A DNA stretch of 64,000 nt from an uncultured Acidobacteriota bacterium (GCA_964400605.1 CAYNUH010000001.1:621-64620), one strand, 5' to 3'; numbered from the stretch's first letter, positions 43,824-53,611 are shown. The notes: generated by a model from the sequence alone, not told the origin. Numbers and translations are program-made.

Positions 43824-45710
43824 TCAGTTCGCGCCCGCCAGGTTCCGCGACAGCGCGTCGCGGATCCGCAATGCCTCCGGATCCAGGGGTCTTATTCGCA
43901 ACGCCTCCTGCACCTCGGAGAGCGCCTCCCGCGGACGCCCGGTCCGGTCCAGCGCCTCGGCGTAGAGCATCCTCGTCTCGAAATCGGAGGGCCTCTCCTC
44001 CACGGCGCGCCGGAGCGCCTCGGCGGCGGCGGGGAGGTTCCCGCGCTGCCCGAGAAGAAGGCCGAGCATCGACAGGGCGCCGAATCGGACGTCTTCGCGC
44101 GGCGACTCGGCGGCCAGCCTCAGCTCGTCCAGGGCGCGCGACTCATCGCCCATCCTCAACAGAGTGCGCGCGAGGCCCAGGTGGGCCCCCGCCTCCACGC
44201 TCCGTCCCGCAGCCGTCACGCCCGCGGGCAGGGCGCCGACGGCGGTGATGCAGGCGCGGTATCCGGCGTCCGCCTCCCGAAGCCTTCCGGCCTCCAGGTT
44301 CATCTCGGCCAGCAGCGATTGGTTGTGGGCCTCGAAGAGCTTCGTGTTTCCAGGGTCCTGCGTGACGAATAGAACAATGATGGCGAGGGGGGGAAGGCAC
44401 CACGCGAGCGTCGCGAGCCGGAGCCTTCGGCCCGCATCCACCAGCGCCACGCAGGCGTGGGCCCCGAAGAGAGTGAGGATCGGCACCGCGGGCATCCGGT
44501 AGCGCGACTGCGTGAAGAAGATCAGGGCCGACGCGACGAACGCCAGAAGGGTGATGTGGAAGGGGAGCAGGTCGCGCCATCTGGGAGCCGACAGGGCGAT
44601 CCCGAGCAGCCCCAGAGGGGCCACCCACGCGAAGTGCGGGAGCGGAGAATTCAGGAGGGCCGAGAACCGCTTGAAGTTGTAGAACGAGAAGTTGTCGGGG
44701 CGCTCGAAGTCGTTCCAGAAAACGCCGAACTTGTCCCACAGGAGGACGAGGTACCGGCGCGGGTGCGATGTGATGAACCGGAGCCCCTCCCCGTACCAGA
44801 AGTCCGAGGCCTCTCGGCGGGTGAGGGGCCGGCCGACCCTCAGGACCGCCTCCTTCCGGAAGTCCTCGTGCTCGTACTGCGGGTCGGGGCGCACGAAGGG
44901 AGGCGGCGTGTAGCGGCCGCTCGCGATCTCGTTGTTTCCCGTGTAGAAGTTCTCGCCCCCGAGCGCCGTGATGAGGACCCATTCCCGGGCGACCACGACG
45001 TTGCGGATCGTGGCCGGCAGGATCGGAAGCAGGATCGCGGCTGCGAGCGCCCCCCCTGCGATGACGCGCCCCCGCCGTGACGCGCCCGCGCGCGGCCACA
45101 GCGCCCACGTCAGAAACAGTGGCGCCGCGACGAGGATGTTTTCGCGCATCAGGGCGGTGATCCCCAGCAGAACGCCCCCGAGGAACACCCATCGCGGCGA
45201 TAGATCGGGGCCGCCGCGGCAGGCGGCGAAGAAGGCGAGCGTCGCCAGCGTGGCGAAGGAGACCTCGAAGGAGGTCTTCATCACCTGGCCGTCATGGAAG
45301 ATCGCGGGGCCGTAGAGGGCCAGGGCGCATCCCGCGAGGAGGCCCTCGGCCTTGCCGAAGGCTCGGCGCCCCGCAACACCCAGGAACGCGCACACCAGCG
45401 AGGCGACGAGGCCCTGGATGATGCGGGGCAGGAGCAACCCGGTGCCGGCGATCCTGAACAGGACCGCCAGAACGTACGCGTAGAGGGGCGACATCTCGAA
45501 GACCTCGCGGCCGGACCCCTCGCCGGCGGCGATCTTCAGAGCCCACTGGTAGTAATAACGAGGATCGAGCCTCAGGTAGGCGGTGAGCCCCGCGGCGTCG
45601 ATCTGATGGACGTAGAGCGCACGGACCCCGAAGGCGAGAATGAAGATCGACCCGAAGGCGATGAGGTCCCAGCGATCGATCCCGCCTGCCTTCGTCTCCC
45701 GCTCCGCCAT
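43824..45710 (-). CDS. GT39/ArnT-like membrane glycosyltransferase (PMT_2) with C-terminal TPR repeats
   Basis: About 11 TM N-terminal domain typical of ArnT/PMT-like GT-C enzymes. C-terminal TPR (LGLARTLLRMGDESRALDELRLAAE...). Confidence 0.8.
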   Translation of the reverse strand: MAERETKAGGIDRWDLIAFGSIFILAFGVRALYVHQIDAAGLTAYLRLDPRYYYQWALKIAAGEGSGREVFEMSPLYAYVLAVLFRIAGTGLLLPRIIQGLVASLVCAFLGVAGRRAFGKAEGLLAGCALALYGPAIFHDGQVMKTSFEVSFATLATLAFFAACRGGPDLSPRWVFLGGVLLGITALMRENILVAAPLFLTWALWPRAGASRRGRVIAGGALAAAILLPILPATIRNVVVAREWVLITALGGENFYTGNNEIASGRYTPPPFVRPDPQYEHEDFRKEAVLRVGRPLTRREASDFWYGEGLRFITSHPRRYLVLLWDKFGVFWNDFERPDNFSFYNFKRFSALLNSPLPHFAWVAPLGLLGIALSAPRWRDLLPFHITLLAFVASALIFFTQSRYRMPAVPILTLFGAHACVALVDAGRRLRLATLAWCLPPLAIIVLFVTQDPGNTKLFEAHNQSLLAEMNLEAGRLREADAGYRACITAVGALPAGVTAAGRSVEAGAHLGLARTLLRMGDESRALDELRLAAESPREDVRFGALSMLGLLLGQRGNLPAAAEALRRAVEERPSDFETRMLYAEALDRTGRPREALSEVQEALRIRPLDPEALRIRDALSRNLAGAN

Positions 45711-45873
45711 GCGCGGATGCTAAATCGGATTCGGCTCAAATGCGACCCGGACCAGGGGCGAGCGGCGTGGATACGGGCGCCGGACAGGTCGTGGTGGAGG
45801 CAACCGCGTGAGGCGATGGTCTCGAGGAGGCCCCCTCGCGCGATGAGAGCGATCGCCTCTACAATGGCGCGCC

Positions 45874-47643
45874 GTGGTGCAGAAGAAGGTCCCTCACGCC
45901 TCCCGCCCGCGCGCCGGCGCCGCCGCCGGGCCGCTCCCTCCACGCGCCGTCGAGGCGGGATGCGCGCTGCTCGCCCTCGTCGTCCTGCATCCTCTCATGA
46001 CGCCGGGTCCTCTCTGGACCCACGACATGGGCGAGCACCTGTTCCGGCTCTCGGAGGTCGCCCGCGCCCTGAGAGACGGCGTGCTCTACCCGAGGTTCCT
46101 CCCTGACGCCTTCTCGGGTCTCGGTGCGCCGATCCTGAACTTCAACCCGGTGGCTCCCTACTACCTGCCGGCGTTGCTGGTGCTCGCGGGCATGGGTCCG
46201 ATCCTGGCGCTCAAGATCTCTGCGGGAGCGGTGATGATCGCGGGGGGCGTCGCCGTGCGCGTGCTGGCGCGGCCGCACCTGGGCCGCAGCGGCGCCGCCG
46301 TGGCCGGGCTCGCGTACGTTTTCCTGCCCTACCGTATCGCGGACCTGTACGTTCGGATGGCCTACTCGGAGCTGGCCGCGATGGTCCTCCTGCCGCTGGC
46401 GATGGCGGCCGCGCGCAGGGCGGTCCGAGGTCCAACGCCCCGCCGGATCGCGGTGGCCACGGCCGCTCTGGCCGCCGTTCCCGCCACACATTTCCCGAGC
46501 AGCGTGATCGGATTGCCTGCCGTCCTGCTCTACGCTCTAGCCTGCGCGAAGCGCGGGAGCCGGCTTCGCGTCGTGGCGCCTCTGGCCGCCACCTTCGTTC
46601 TCGCCTTGATGATGAGCGCCTTCTCGTGGCTGCCCGCGCTGGCCGAGCAGTCGGGGACGCACTACGAGGACAGCACCACCGGAATGGATGACTACCGGAA
46701 ACACTTCATCGACTGGCCGCAGCTCTTCTCGACGCGCTGGGGCTTCGGATCGTCCCTGCCCGGGAGCCGCGATCAGATGTCGTTCCAGGTGGGCTGGGTG
46801 CACATCGCGGGATTGGTCCTCGGCGCCGCGGCCGCTTACCGGATCCGGACCCTGCGCCCGCTCCTCGCGTTCTGTGCCGTGGTCGCGGTCGGGGGCTCGC
46901 TCCTGATGCTGCAGGCCGCCAGACCGCTGTGGGACCTACTCTGGGTGCTCCAGAACGTGCAGTTCCCCTGGCGGATCCTGATGCTCGTGGGCCTGGCCAC
47001 CTCGCTCGCGCTGGGGGCGGCCGCCGCGGCTCCGTCCTTTTCGAGAGTGCCGGGCTCCGTTTTCGGCGCAGAGGCCGCGCGATCCGCCGGGACGCGCCTT
47101 TTCGGATCGCGACTCGTGGGGAGCGCCGCCCCGGTGGCCGCGGCCGTCATGCTGATGGCCGCGTGCCTCCCGTACCTGCAGGCTCGGCGCGGGAAAGGGT
47201 CCGACAGCGACTTCACGCCCGAGGGGATCAGGAGTCACTACTTCGGCGAATTGAAGTTTCAGCCCATAGAGGTCGCGGCGCCGATGTTCCGCCCCGAGGG
47301 TCCGCGGGCCTCCCTCGCGGGCGAAGGGGCGGCCTCGATCATCGAGGAGAAGACGCACCGGACGACGGTGGACGTGGCGGCGCCGTCGGCCACCACGCTC
47401 CGGCTGCACGTTTTCAACACGCCGGGCTGGGTGGCCCGTGCTGGAGATGAGGCGCTTCCGGTCCGCACCGAGCCGCGCACGGGACTCGTCCTCGTTGACG
47501 TTCCGGCGGGAAGTCACCGGATCGTCCTCGTGTTCGGGAACACGCCCGTCCGGCGGGTCGCCTGGATGCTCTCCCTCCTCGGCGCGATCGCGGCGGGGGC
47601 GGCCGCCGTCTGGCGTCAGCCGCCGGAGCGTCGGTCGGGTTGA
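45874..47643 (+). CDS. Large polytopic membrane protein, probable GT-C-type glycosyltransferase (YfhO/DUF2079-like)
   Basis: 589 aa and more than 10 TM. Conserved N-terminal LWTHDMGEHLFRLSEVARALRDGVLYPRFLP. Divergent from the GT39 gene. Start could instead be the ATG at 45997. Confidence 0.5.
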   Translation: MVQKKVPHASRPRAGAAAGPLPPRAVEAGCALLALVVLHPLMTPGPLWTHDMGEHLFRLSEVARALRDGVLYPRFLPDAFSGLGAPILNFNPVAPYYLPALLVLAGMGPILALKISAGAVMIAGGVAVRVLARPHLGRSGAAVAGLAYVFLPYRIADLYVRMAYSELAAMVLLPLAMAAARRAVRGPTPRRIAVATAALAAVPATHFPSSVIGLPAVLLYALACAKRGSRLRVVAPLAATFVLALMMSAFSWLPALAEQSGTHYEDSTTGMDDYRKHFIDWPQLFSTRWGFGSSLPGSRDQMSFQVGWVHIAGLVLGAAAAYRIRTLRPLLAFCAVVAVGGSLLMLQAARPLWDLLWVLQNVQFPWRILMLVGLATSLALGAAAAAPSFSRVPGSVFGAEAARSAGTRLFGSRLVGSAAPVAAAVMLMAACLPYLQARRGKGSDSDFTPEGIRSHYFGELKFQPIEVAAPMFRPEGPRASLAGEGAASIIEEKTHRTTVDVAAPSATTLRLHVFNTPGWVARAGDEALPVRTEPRTGLVLVDVPAGSHRIVLVFGNTPVRRVAWMLSLLGAIAAGAAAVWRQPPERRSG

Positions 47644-48347
47644 CTCCGGGAGAGCGTCGCCGTAAGGTGGCGGGACGCGGCGAAGGTGTTGACTCCGGAG
47701 GAGATAGGCACGACGTGGCCGCCGGCTATCCAGTCGTGGTCCTCGCGGCCGGGGCGTCCCGCAGGATGGGAAGCCCCAAGCCGCTTCTCGACTTCGACGG
47801 CCGCCCCTGCCTGGAGGTCGTGCTCGATGTCTGCCGGGCGTCGGGCAACACCGAGGTCGTCGTGGTTCTGGGACACGGCGCCTCTGAGGTCCGGGCGGGG
47901 TGCCGGGTGGAACCGGGCGTGACCATGATCCTCAACGAGCGGCACGAGGCGGGGCAGACCAGGAGCGTGAAGGTGGGACTGGGGGCCGTGCGGAGCGGCG
48001 CGCGCGCATTCTATATCTTCCCTGCCGATCACCCTCTCGTGGAGGCGGCCGACATCGCGGCACTCTCGGCGCGTTTCGAATCGAGCCCGGCAGGAAAGAC
48101 GGTTTTCATCCCCACTTTCGAGGGGCGCCGAGGGCATCCGGTGCTGATGGCGGCGGCGCACCGCGAGGCGATCCTCGGCTTGGGCGACGCCGCGCCGTTG
48201 CACGATCACATCCGCGCGTGCGCGGCGGAGGTCGAGCACGTGCCGGTGGCCAACAGCGGTGTGGTCTGCGGCATCAACACCGAAGACGAGTACCGCGCCG
48301 CCCTGGAGGAGTTCCGGCGGCGGCGCGGGAGGGTGCGGCCGTCCTGA
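47640..48347 (+). CDS. mocA: MocA-like molybdenum cofactor cytidylyltransferase (MobA-like NTP transferase)
   Basis: VVVLAAGASRRMGSPKPLLDFDGRP...VVLGHGASEV...IFPADHP...GHPVL motifs. Immediately upstream of the molybdenum hydroxylase genes. The exact start is uncertain. Confidence 0.7.
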   Translation: MTPGERRRKVAGRGEGVDSGGDRHDVAAGYPVVVLAAGASRRMGSPKPLLDFDGRPCLEVVLDVCRASGNTEVVVVLGHGASEVRAGCRVEPGVTMILNERHEAGQTRSVKVGLGAVRSGARAFYIFPADHPLVEAADIAALSARFESSPAGKTVFIPTFEGRRGHPVLMAAAHREAILGLGDAAPLHDHIRACAAEVEHVPVANSGVVCGINTEDEYRAALEEFRRRRGRVRPS

Positions 48348-48387
48348 GGCTCCGTCAGGGGAGGCCGCCGAGGGGGTTCGGATCCCG

Positions 48388-48960
48388 ATGGCCCCGGTGA
48401 AGACGATCCGAAGGATCGAGAAGATCGTTGCGAGTCTTCTCGTGAATGGGAGCGAGCACCGCGTCGCGGTGCGCCCCTACGACGTGCTGCTGGACGTGCT
48501 TCGCGAGAACCTGAACCTCACCGGCACCCGTCGCGGCTGCGACATGGGCACGTGCGGGTGCTGCACCGTGCTCCTGGACGGCCGCCCGACGCTCTCGTGC
48601 CTGACGCTGGTGCTCGAGTGCGACGGGAGATCGATCACGACCGTGGAGGCCGTGGCCGGCGCCGAGGGGCTCCACCCGATTCAGCAGGCCTGGGTGGACA
48701 CCGGCGCGAGCCAGTGCGGCTTCTGCACGCCGGGCTTCATCATGTCGGCCCTGGCCTTCGTGGAGGCGAACTCCAGCCCTTCGGAAGACGAGATCCGCGA
48801 GGCCATCAGCGGCAACATGTGCCGCTGCACCGGCTACGTTTCGATCATCGAGGCCGTGGCCCGGGCCGCCGCCGAGGTGGCCCGGCGGCGGGCGGCCGGG
48901 ACGTACGCCTCGCCCCTCGCGCGGCCGCGGCCGGCCGGGGCCGCCCCGGACCGGTCCTGA
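48388..48960 (+). CDS. Molybdenum hydroxylase (2Fe-2S) small subunit (CoxS/HcrC-like)
   Basis: Plant-ferredoxin-type CDMGTCGCCTV and the second-cluster motif CGFCTPG...NMCRCTGY. Confidence 0.85.
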   Translation: MAPVKTIRRIEKIVASLLVNGSEHRVAVRPYDVLLDVLRENLNLTGTRRGCDMGTCGCCTVLLDGRPTLSCLTLVLECDGRSITTVEAVAGAEGLHPIQQAWVDTGASQCGFCTPGFIMSALAFVEANSSPSEDEIREAISGNMCRCTGYVSIIEAVARAAAEVARRRAAGTYASPLARPRPAGAAPDRS

Positions 48961-48961
48961 C

Positions 48962-51325
48962 GTGGCCAACGTGATCGGAAAGCGCACGCCGCTCGTGGAC
49001 GCGGTCAAGAAGGTCACGGGCGCAGGCGTCTACACCGACGACATCAAGCTCCCGGGAATGCTGGTGGGGAAGATCCTGCGCTCGCCGGTCCCCTACGCGC
49101 GCATCCTCGCCATCGACACGCGGAAGGCCGAATCTCTCCCCGGCGTGCACGCGGTCATCCACGGCATGGAAGCCACGTCGCGCTTCGGCGTGCTGCCCGT
49201 CTCCAAGGACGAGACGGCGATGGCCGTGGGGAAGGTGCGCTACATCGGCGACGCCGTCGCGGCCGTGGCCGCCGACGACGAGGAGATCGCGCTCGAGGCG
49301 ATCCGTCTCATCGAGGTCCGCTACGAGACTCTCCAGACCATCGCGACCCTCGACGACGCGCTGGCGCCCACGGACGAGCCGATCCACGACAAGACGGTGG
49401 GAGGGACCAACGTCCACAAGGCGGTGGACCAGTGCTTCGGCGACGTGGACGCCGCGCTCCGGTCCTCCGCCGTCGTCGTGGACCACCACTTCAAGTTCGC
49501 GGCGGTCACCCACGCGTTCACCGAGCCGCACTGCGTCGTGGCCCACCACGACCACGACGGGCGGCTCACGATCTGGTCGGCCACGCAGGTGCCGCATTAC
49601 GTGCACCGCGCTCTGGCCGAGGTGCTCCAGATGGACATGCACAGGATCCGCGTGATCCGGCCCATGGTGGGGGGCGCCTTCGGCGGCAAGAGCGATCCCT
49701 TCCCGCACGAGATGATCGCGGCCCTGTTGTCGCGCCGCACGAAGCGGCCGGTGAAGATCCTCTTTGATCGGGAGGAGGTCTTCCTCACCAACCACGGCCG
49801 CCACCCGACCCGGACCCACATGACCATGGGCGTCTCGGAGGATGGGACGATCACCGCGCTCGACCTCAAGGCGCTCATCGACGGCGGCGCGTGGGGATCG
49901 TTCGGCGTCGTCACCACCTACTACAACGGCGTCCTGTGCATGGGGCCGTACCGCGTCCCGGCCTTCCGGTACTCGGGCAAGCGCGTGTACAGCAACAAGC
50001 CCCCCTCCGGCGCCATGCGCGGCCACGGCGCCGTCAACTCGCGCTTCGCCATGGAGGTCGTCGTGGACGAGCTGGCCGAGAGGCTTGGTCTGGACGCGAT
50101 CGACTTCCGTCTCGCCAACCTGCTGCCACCCCACACCAAGACCATCAACGAGTTCCGCATCACGTCGAACGGCACGCGCGAAGGGCTGCTGCGCGTACGC
50201 GAGGCCTCACGCTGGGACGAGAAATTCCGCCGGCTTCCGTACGGACGCGGCGTGGGCGTGGCGTGCGGCTTCTACATCTCGGGATCGGCCCTGCCGATCC
50301 ATTTCTCGAAGCTGCCGCAGTCCACGGCCCACGTGAAGATCGACATGGACGGCGGGGTCACCGTCCACTGCATGGCGGCGGAGATCGGGCAGGGATCCGA
50401 CACGATGCTGGCGCAGTGCGTGGCAGAGGTGCTGGGCGTGGGGCTCGACCGGATCCGGATCTTCTCCCAGGACAGCGACACCGACCCGGTGGATCTCGGC
50501 TCGTATTCGAGCCGCGTGACCTTCATGGCGGGCAACGCCGCCCGGCGCGCCGCGGAGGAGATCCGCTCCGATCTCGTCGCGGCGGCGGCGCGCCTCACGG
50601 GGCATCCTCCCGAGAGGTTCGTCCTCCGCGACGAGCGCGTGGAGTACGCGCCGGACCCCTCGGTGGCCGTGACGTTCATGGAGGCGCTCACCGAGGCGCT
50701 GGCGGGGAAGGGAGCCTTGACGGCGCGCGGGGCGTACGCCGCCGCGCCTCCCATGGGAGGGAAGTTCAAGGGAGCCGCGGCCGGGCTGTCGCCCTCATAC
50801 TCGTTCCAAGCGTACGTCGCCGAGGTGGAGGTGGATCCGGAGACCGGTTTCGTGAGGGTCGCGCATGTCTGGGCGGCGCATGACTGCGGGCGCGCGCTGA
50901 ACCCCACGGCCGTGGAGGGGCAGGTGGTGGGTTCGATCCACATGGGGCTGGGGCAGGCCCTGTGCGAGGACTTCGCCTACAACCGCTCGAACGTCATCAA
51001 CGCGAACCTGCTCGACTACCGGACGCTCACGCCGAAGCAGATGCCGCCGGTGGATGTCTTCCTGATCGAGAGCAACGACCCGGAGGGCCCCTTCGGTGCC
51101 AAGGAGTGCGGTGAGGGGCCGCTCCTGCCGATCCTGCCGGCGGTGGCCAACGCCATCCACGACGCCGTGGGCGTCCGGATGTACGAGCTGCCGATGACTC
51201 CGGACAAGATCCTCTCGGGCATCGGCCGGACGAAAGGGGCCGCCAAGCCCACGCTCGGGAAGCCGTCCGGGACGCCCGCGGGCCCCAGCGGCCCCCCGCG
51301 CGTCCCCGTCCCTGCCGGGCCGTGA
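48962..51325 (+). CDS. Molybdenum hydroxylase large (molybdopterin-binding) subunit (xanthine dehydrogenase family; HcrA/CoxL-like)
   Basis: 787 aa with aldehyde oxidase/xanthine dehydrogenase a/b hammerhead and MoCo-binding domains (GGAFGGK; ...ECGEGP... near the C-terminus). GTG start overlaps the small-subunit stop. Confidence 0.9.
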   Translation: MANVIGKRTPLVDAVKKVTGAGVYTDDIKLPGMLVGKILRSPVPYARILAIDTRKAESLPGVHAVIHGMEATSRFGVLPVSKDETAMAVGKVRYIGDAVAAVAADDEEIALEAIRLIEVRYETLQTIATLDDALAPTDEPIHDKTVGGTNVHKAVDQCFGDVDAALRSSAVVVDHHFKFAAVTHAFTEPHCVVAHHDHDGRLTIWSATQVPHYVHRALAEVLQMDMHRIRVIRPMVGGAFGGKSDPFPHEMIAALLSRRTKRPVKILFDREEVFLTNHGRHPTRTHMTMGVSEDGTITALDLKALIDGGAWGSFGVVTTYYNGVLCMGPYRVPAFRYSGKRVYSNKPPSGAMRGHGAVNSRFAMEVVVDELAERLGLDAIDFRLANLLPPHTKTINEFRITSNGTREGLLRVREASRWDEKFRRLPYGRGVGVACGFYISGSALPIHFSKLPQSTAHVKIDMDGGVTVHCMAAEIGQGSDTMLAQCVAEVLGVGLDRIRIFSQDSDTDPVDLGSYSSRVTFMAGNAARRAAEEIRSDLVAAAARLTGHPPERFVLRDERVEYAPDPSVAVTFMEALTEALAGKGALTARGAYAAAPPMGGKFKGAAAGLSPSYSFQAYVAEVEVDPETGFVRVAHVWAAHDCGRALNPTAVEGQVVGSIHMGLGQALCEDFAYNRSNVINANLLDYRTLTPKQMPPVDVFLIESNDPEGPFGAKECGEGPLLPILPAVANAIHDAVGVRMYELPMTPDKILSGIGRTKGAAKPTLGKPSGTPAGPSGPPRVPVPAGP

Positions 51326-52311
51326 TCCTCCCTCCTTTCCGTCTACACCTGCCCCGCAGCGTCGAGGAGGCGCTCATGCTGGCGGGGGACTGCGGCACGG
51401 ACTTCGACTTCCTCGCCGGCGGCACCGATCTGCTCCCCAATTACAAGAACCGGCTCAACCCGCGCGGCAACGTGATCGGATTGAGCCGCGTGGCGGGGCT
51501 CGCTTCGCCACTCCGGCGCCTCGACGGCGGCTCGTTCGCCGTCGGGCCCATGACGAGGCTTGCGGACCTGGATCGCGACGAGTCCCTGCGCGGGCGCTTC
51601 CCGGGACTGCGGGAGGCCGTCTCGCAGATCGCCACGCCTCTTGTGAGGCAATCGGGAACCCTGGGCGGCAACCTCCTGGTGGAGACCCGCTGCTACTACT
51701 TCAACCAGTCCCACGACTGGCGGGCGTCGAAGGGGTTCTGCATGAAGGCGGACGGTGACGTCTGCCTCGTGGTCCCTCAAAAGGAGACCTGCTACGCCAT
51801 CTACGCGGGCGACACGGCGCCCGTGCTGATGACCCTGGGCGCGACGCTGGTTCTCGTGGGATTCGAGGGGAGCCGCGAGGTGCCCGCGGCGGACTTCTAC
51901 CAACCGGACGGCATCCGCAAGAACCTGCTCGCCAAGGGGGAGCTCGTCACGGAGATCCGTCTGCCCGCGGAGGCCGCCTCGGCCCGCTCCGGCTACATGA
52001 AGCTGCGGCTGCGCGATTCCTTCGACTTCCCCGACATGGGACTGGCGGCCGCCGTGTGGATGGAGGATGGCAAGGTGGCCGATCTGCGCGTGGCCACCAC
52101 GGCCGTCTCGATGACGCCGCTGCTCTACCCGGAAGTGACCGCCAAGGTGAAAGGGCTGCCCCTCACGCGCGATGTCATCGAGGGCGTGGCCGCCGAAGTC
52201 CAGAGCCGCACGATGCCCGTCCGCAACGTGATGTTCCCGCCCCAGTACCGCAAGCGCATGGTCGGCGTCTTCACGCGACGGCTGCTGACGCGCCTGGCGG
52301 GTGCGGCGTAG
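51322..52311 (+). CDS. Molybdenum hydroxylase FAD-binding subunit carrying a four-Cys insertion (HcrB-like, candidate extra [4Fe-4S])
   Basis: FAD-binding FLAGGTDLL and GTLGGNL. Insertion ETRC(124)YYFNQSHDWRASKGFC(140)MKADGDVC(148)LVVPQKETC(157) with Cys spacing 16/8/9. GTG start overlaps the large-subunit stop. Confidence 0.85.
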   Translation: MILPPFRLHLPRSVEEALMLAGDCGTDFDFLAGGTDLLPNYKNRLNPRGNVIGLSRVAGLASPLRRLDGGSFAVGPMTRLADLDRDESLRGRFPGLREAVSQIATPLVRQSGTLGGNLLVETRCYYFNQSHDWRASKGFCMKADGDVCLVVPQKETCYAIYAGDTAPVLMTLGATLVLVGFEGSREVPAADFYQPDGIRKNLLAKGELVTEIRLPAEAASARSGYMKLRLRDSFDFPDMGLAAAVWMEDGKVADLRVATTAVSMTPLLYPEVTAKVKGLPLTRDVIEGVAAEVQSRTMPVRNVMFPPQYRKRMVGVFTRRLLTRLAGAA

Positions 52312-52528
52312 ACACGTCCCCGGCCACACGTTGGACGGCAGCCAAGTCACACGCTTCGTCAAAGCGACGGCCATCGCCTGGGCCTACCAGGTCGCCGTCT
52401 ACGACGCGGCCGACGTGGCCCTGGCGGAGAGGCAGGGCTTTCCGCTCCTGACCGCCGACGAGGTCATGATCAGGAAGATGAAGGGGCACAGCATCGTCGT
52501 CCGGCTGAGGGATATGGAGATCACGTGA
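52312..52528 (+). pseudogene. C-terminal remnant of a PIN-domain VapC toxin
   Basis: AIAWAYQVAVYDAADVALAERQGFPLLTADEVM matches the VapC C-terminal consensus (aYDAaYvALAe..g.pLlTaD). The N-terminal two-thirds of the PIN domain are absent; upstream DNA is the FAD-subunit gene. Confidence 0.45.
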
Positions 52529-52633
52529 GCCGCGGCACTTCGTTCCGGCGTGGGGGATAGTCCGTCCACATCGGTTAATCCTCAGATCCTGTCAGGAAAT
52601 CCCCAGAGGCACTGACCTCGCGCAGAGACGATC

Positions 52634-53611
52634 TCAGCCTGAATCGCGCCGTCCCGCGGCCAGGCACTCCGCGAGGGTCTCGGGGGCGATGTTGCCGCCG
52701 CTCACCACGCTCACGACGCGGGATCCCGGGGGGGCCTTCACCTTTCCGGAGAGGAGCGCCGCGGTGGCGGCCGCGCCGGCGGGCTCCGCGAGGGTCTTGC
52801 AGCGCTCCAGGAGCAGCCGCATGGCGTGCCGGATCTCGTCGTCGGTGACGATGACCACGTCGTCGGCGTACTTCCTCACGATCTCGTAGTTGAGCGATCC
52901 GGCGAACGGGGCGGCCAATCCGTCGGCGATGGTGTCGGTCTTCTCCAGCCTCACGGGCCTCCCCTCGTCGAGGCTCCGGCGCATCGCGGGCGCCCCCTCC
53001 GGCTCCACGCCGATGACCCGCGCCGCCGGGCGGCTCTCCTTCACGGCGAGGGCGATGCCGCTCAGGAGCCCGCCGCCCCCGACGCCGGCGATCACGACGT
53101 CGGCCTCCGGGACGTCATCGAGGATCTCGAGCCCCAGGGTGCCCTGCCCGGCCACGGTGAGAGGCGCGTCGAAGGGGTGAACGAAGACGAGTCCACGCTC
53201 GCGCTCGATCTCGTGCATCTTCTCGAAGGCGGCGGCCACGTCGCCGTGAAGGATCACCTCGGCGCCGTAGGCGCGGGCGGCGTCGGCCTTGGCGGAGGAG
53301 GCGGTCTTCGGCATGACCACCGTGGCGCGGCAGCCGAGCACCGACGCCGCGTAGGCCACCCCCTGCGCGTGGTTGCCGGCCGAGATGGTGATGACGCCCC
53401 GCTCTTTCTCCTCGGCGCTGAGCGCCTTCATCGTCGCGAGCGCGCCGCGCGGCTTGAACGAGCCCGTCTTCTGCAAGTTCTCAAGCTTCAGGTACAGGCG
53501 GAAGCCGGTCATCCGGGAAAGGGTGGCGCTGCCCACGCAGGGGGTGCGGTGGATCCATCCGTCGATGGAGCGGCGGGCGGCGCGGACGTCTTCAAGGCTG
53601 ACGGGGAGCAA
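52634..53611 (-). CDS. Threonine/serine dehydratase (PLP-dependent, catabolic type)
   Basis: PLP-lysine motif (KLENLQKTGSFKPRGA), glycine-rich loop (VIAGVGGGGLLSG). 325 aa with no ACT domain. Confidence 0.85.
   Translation of the reverse strand: MLPVSLEDVRAARRSIDGWIHRTPCVGSATLSRMTGFRLYLKLENLQKTGSFKPRGALATMKALSAEEKERGVITISAGNHAQGVAYAASVLGCRATVVMPKTASSAKADAARAYGAEVILHGDVAAAFEKMHEIERERGLVFVHPFDAPLTVAGQGTLGLEILDDVPEADVVIAGVGGGGLLSGIALAVKESRPAARVIGVEPEGAPAMRRSLDEGRPVRLEKTDTIADGLAAPFAGSLNYEIVRKYADDVVIVTDDEIRHAMRLLLERCKTLAEPAGAAATAALLSGKVKAPPGSRVVSVVSGGNIAPETLAECLAAGRRDSG

Noticed and set aside
48845-50134. 429-aa minus-strand ORF
   Set aside because: It is antisense to the molybdenum hydroxylase large subunit.
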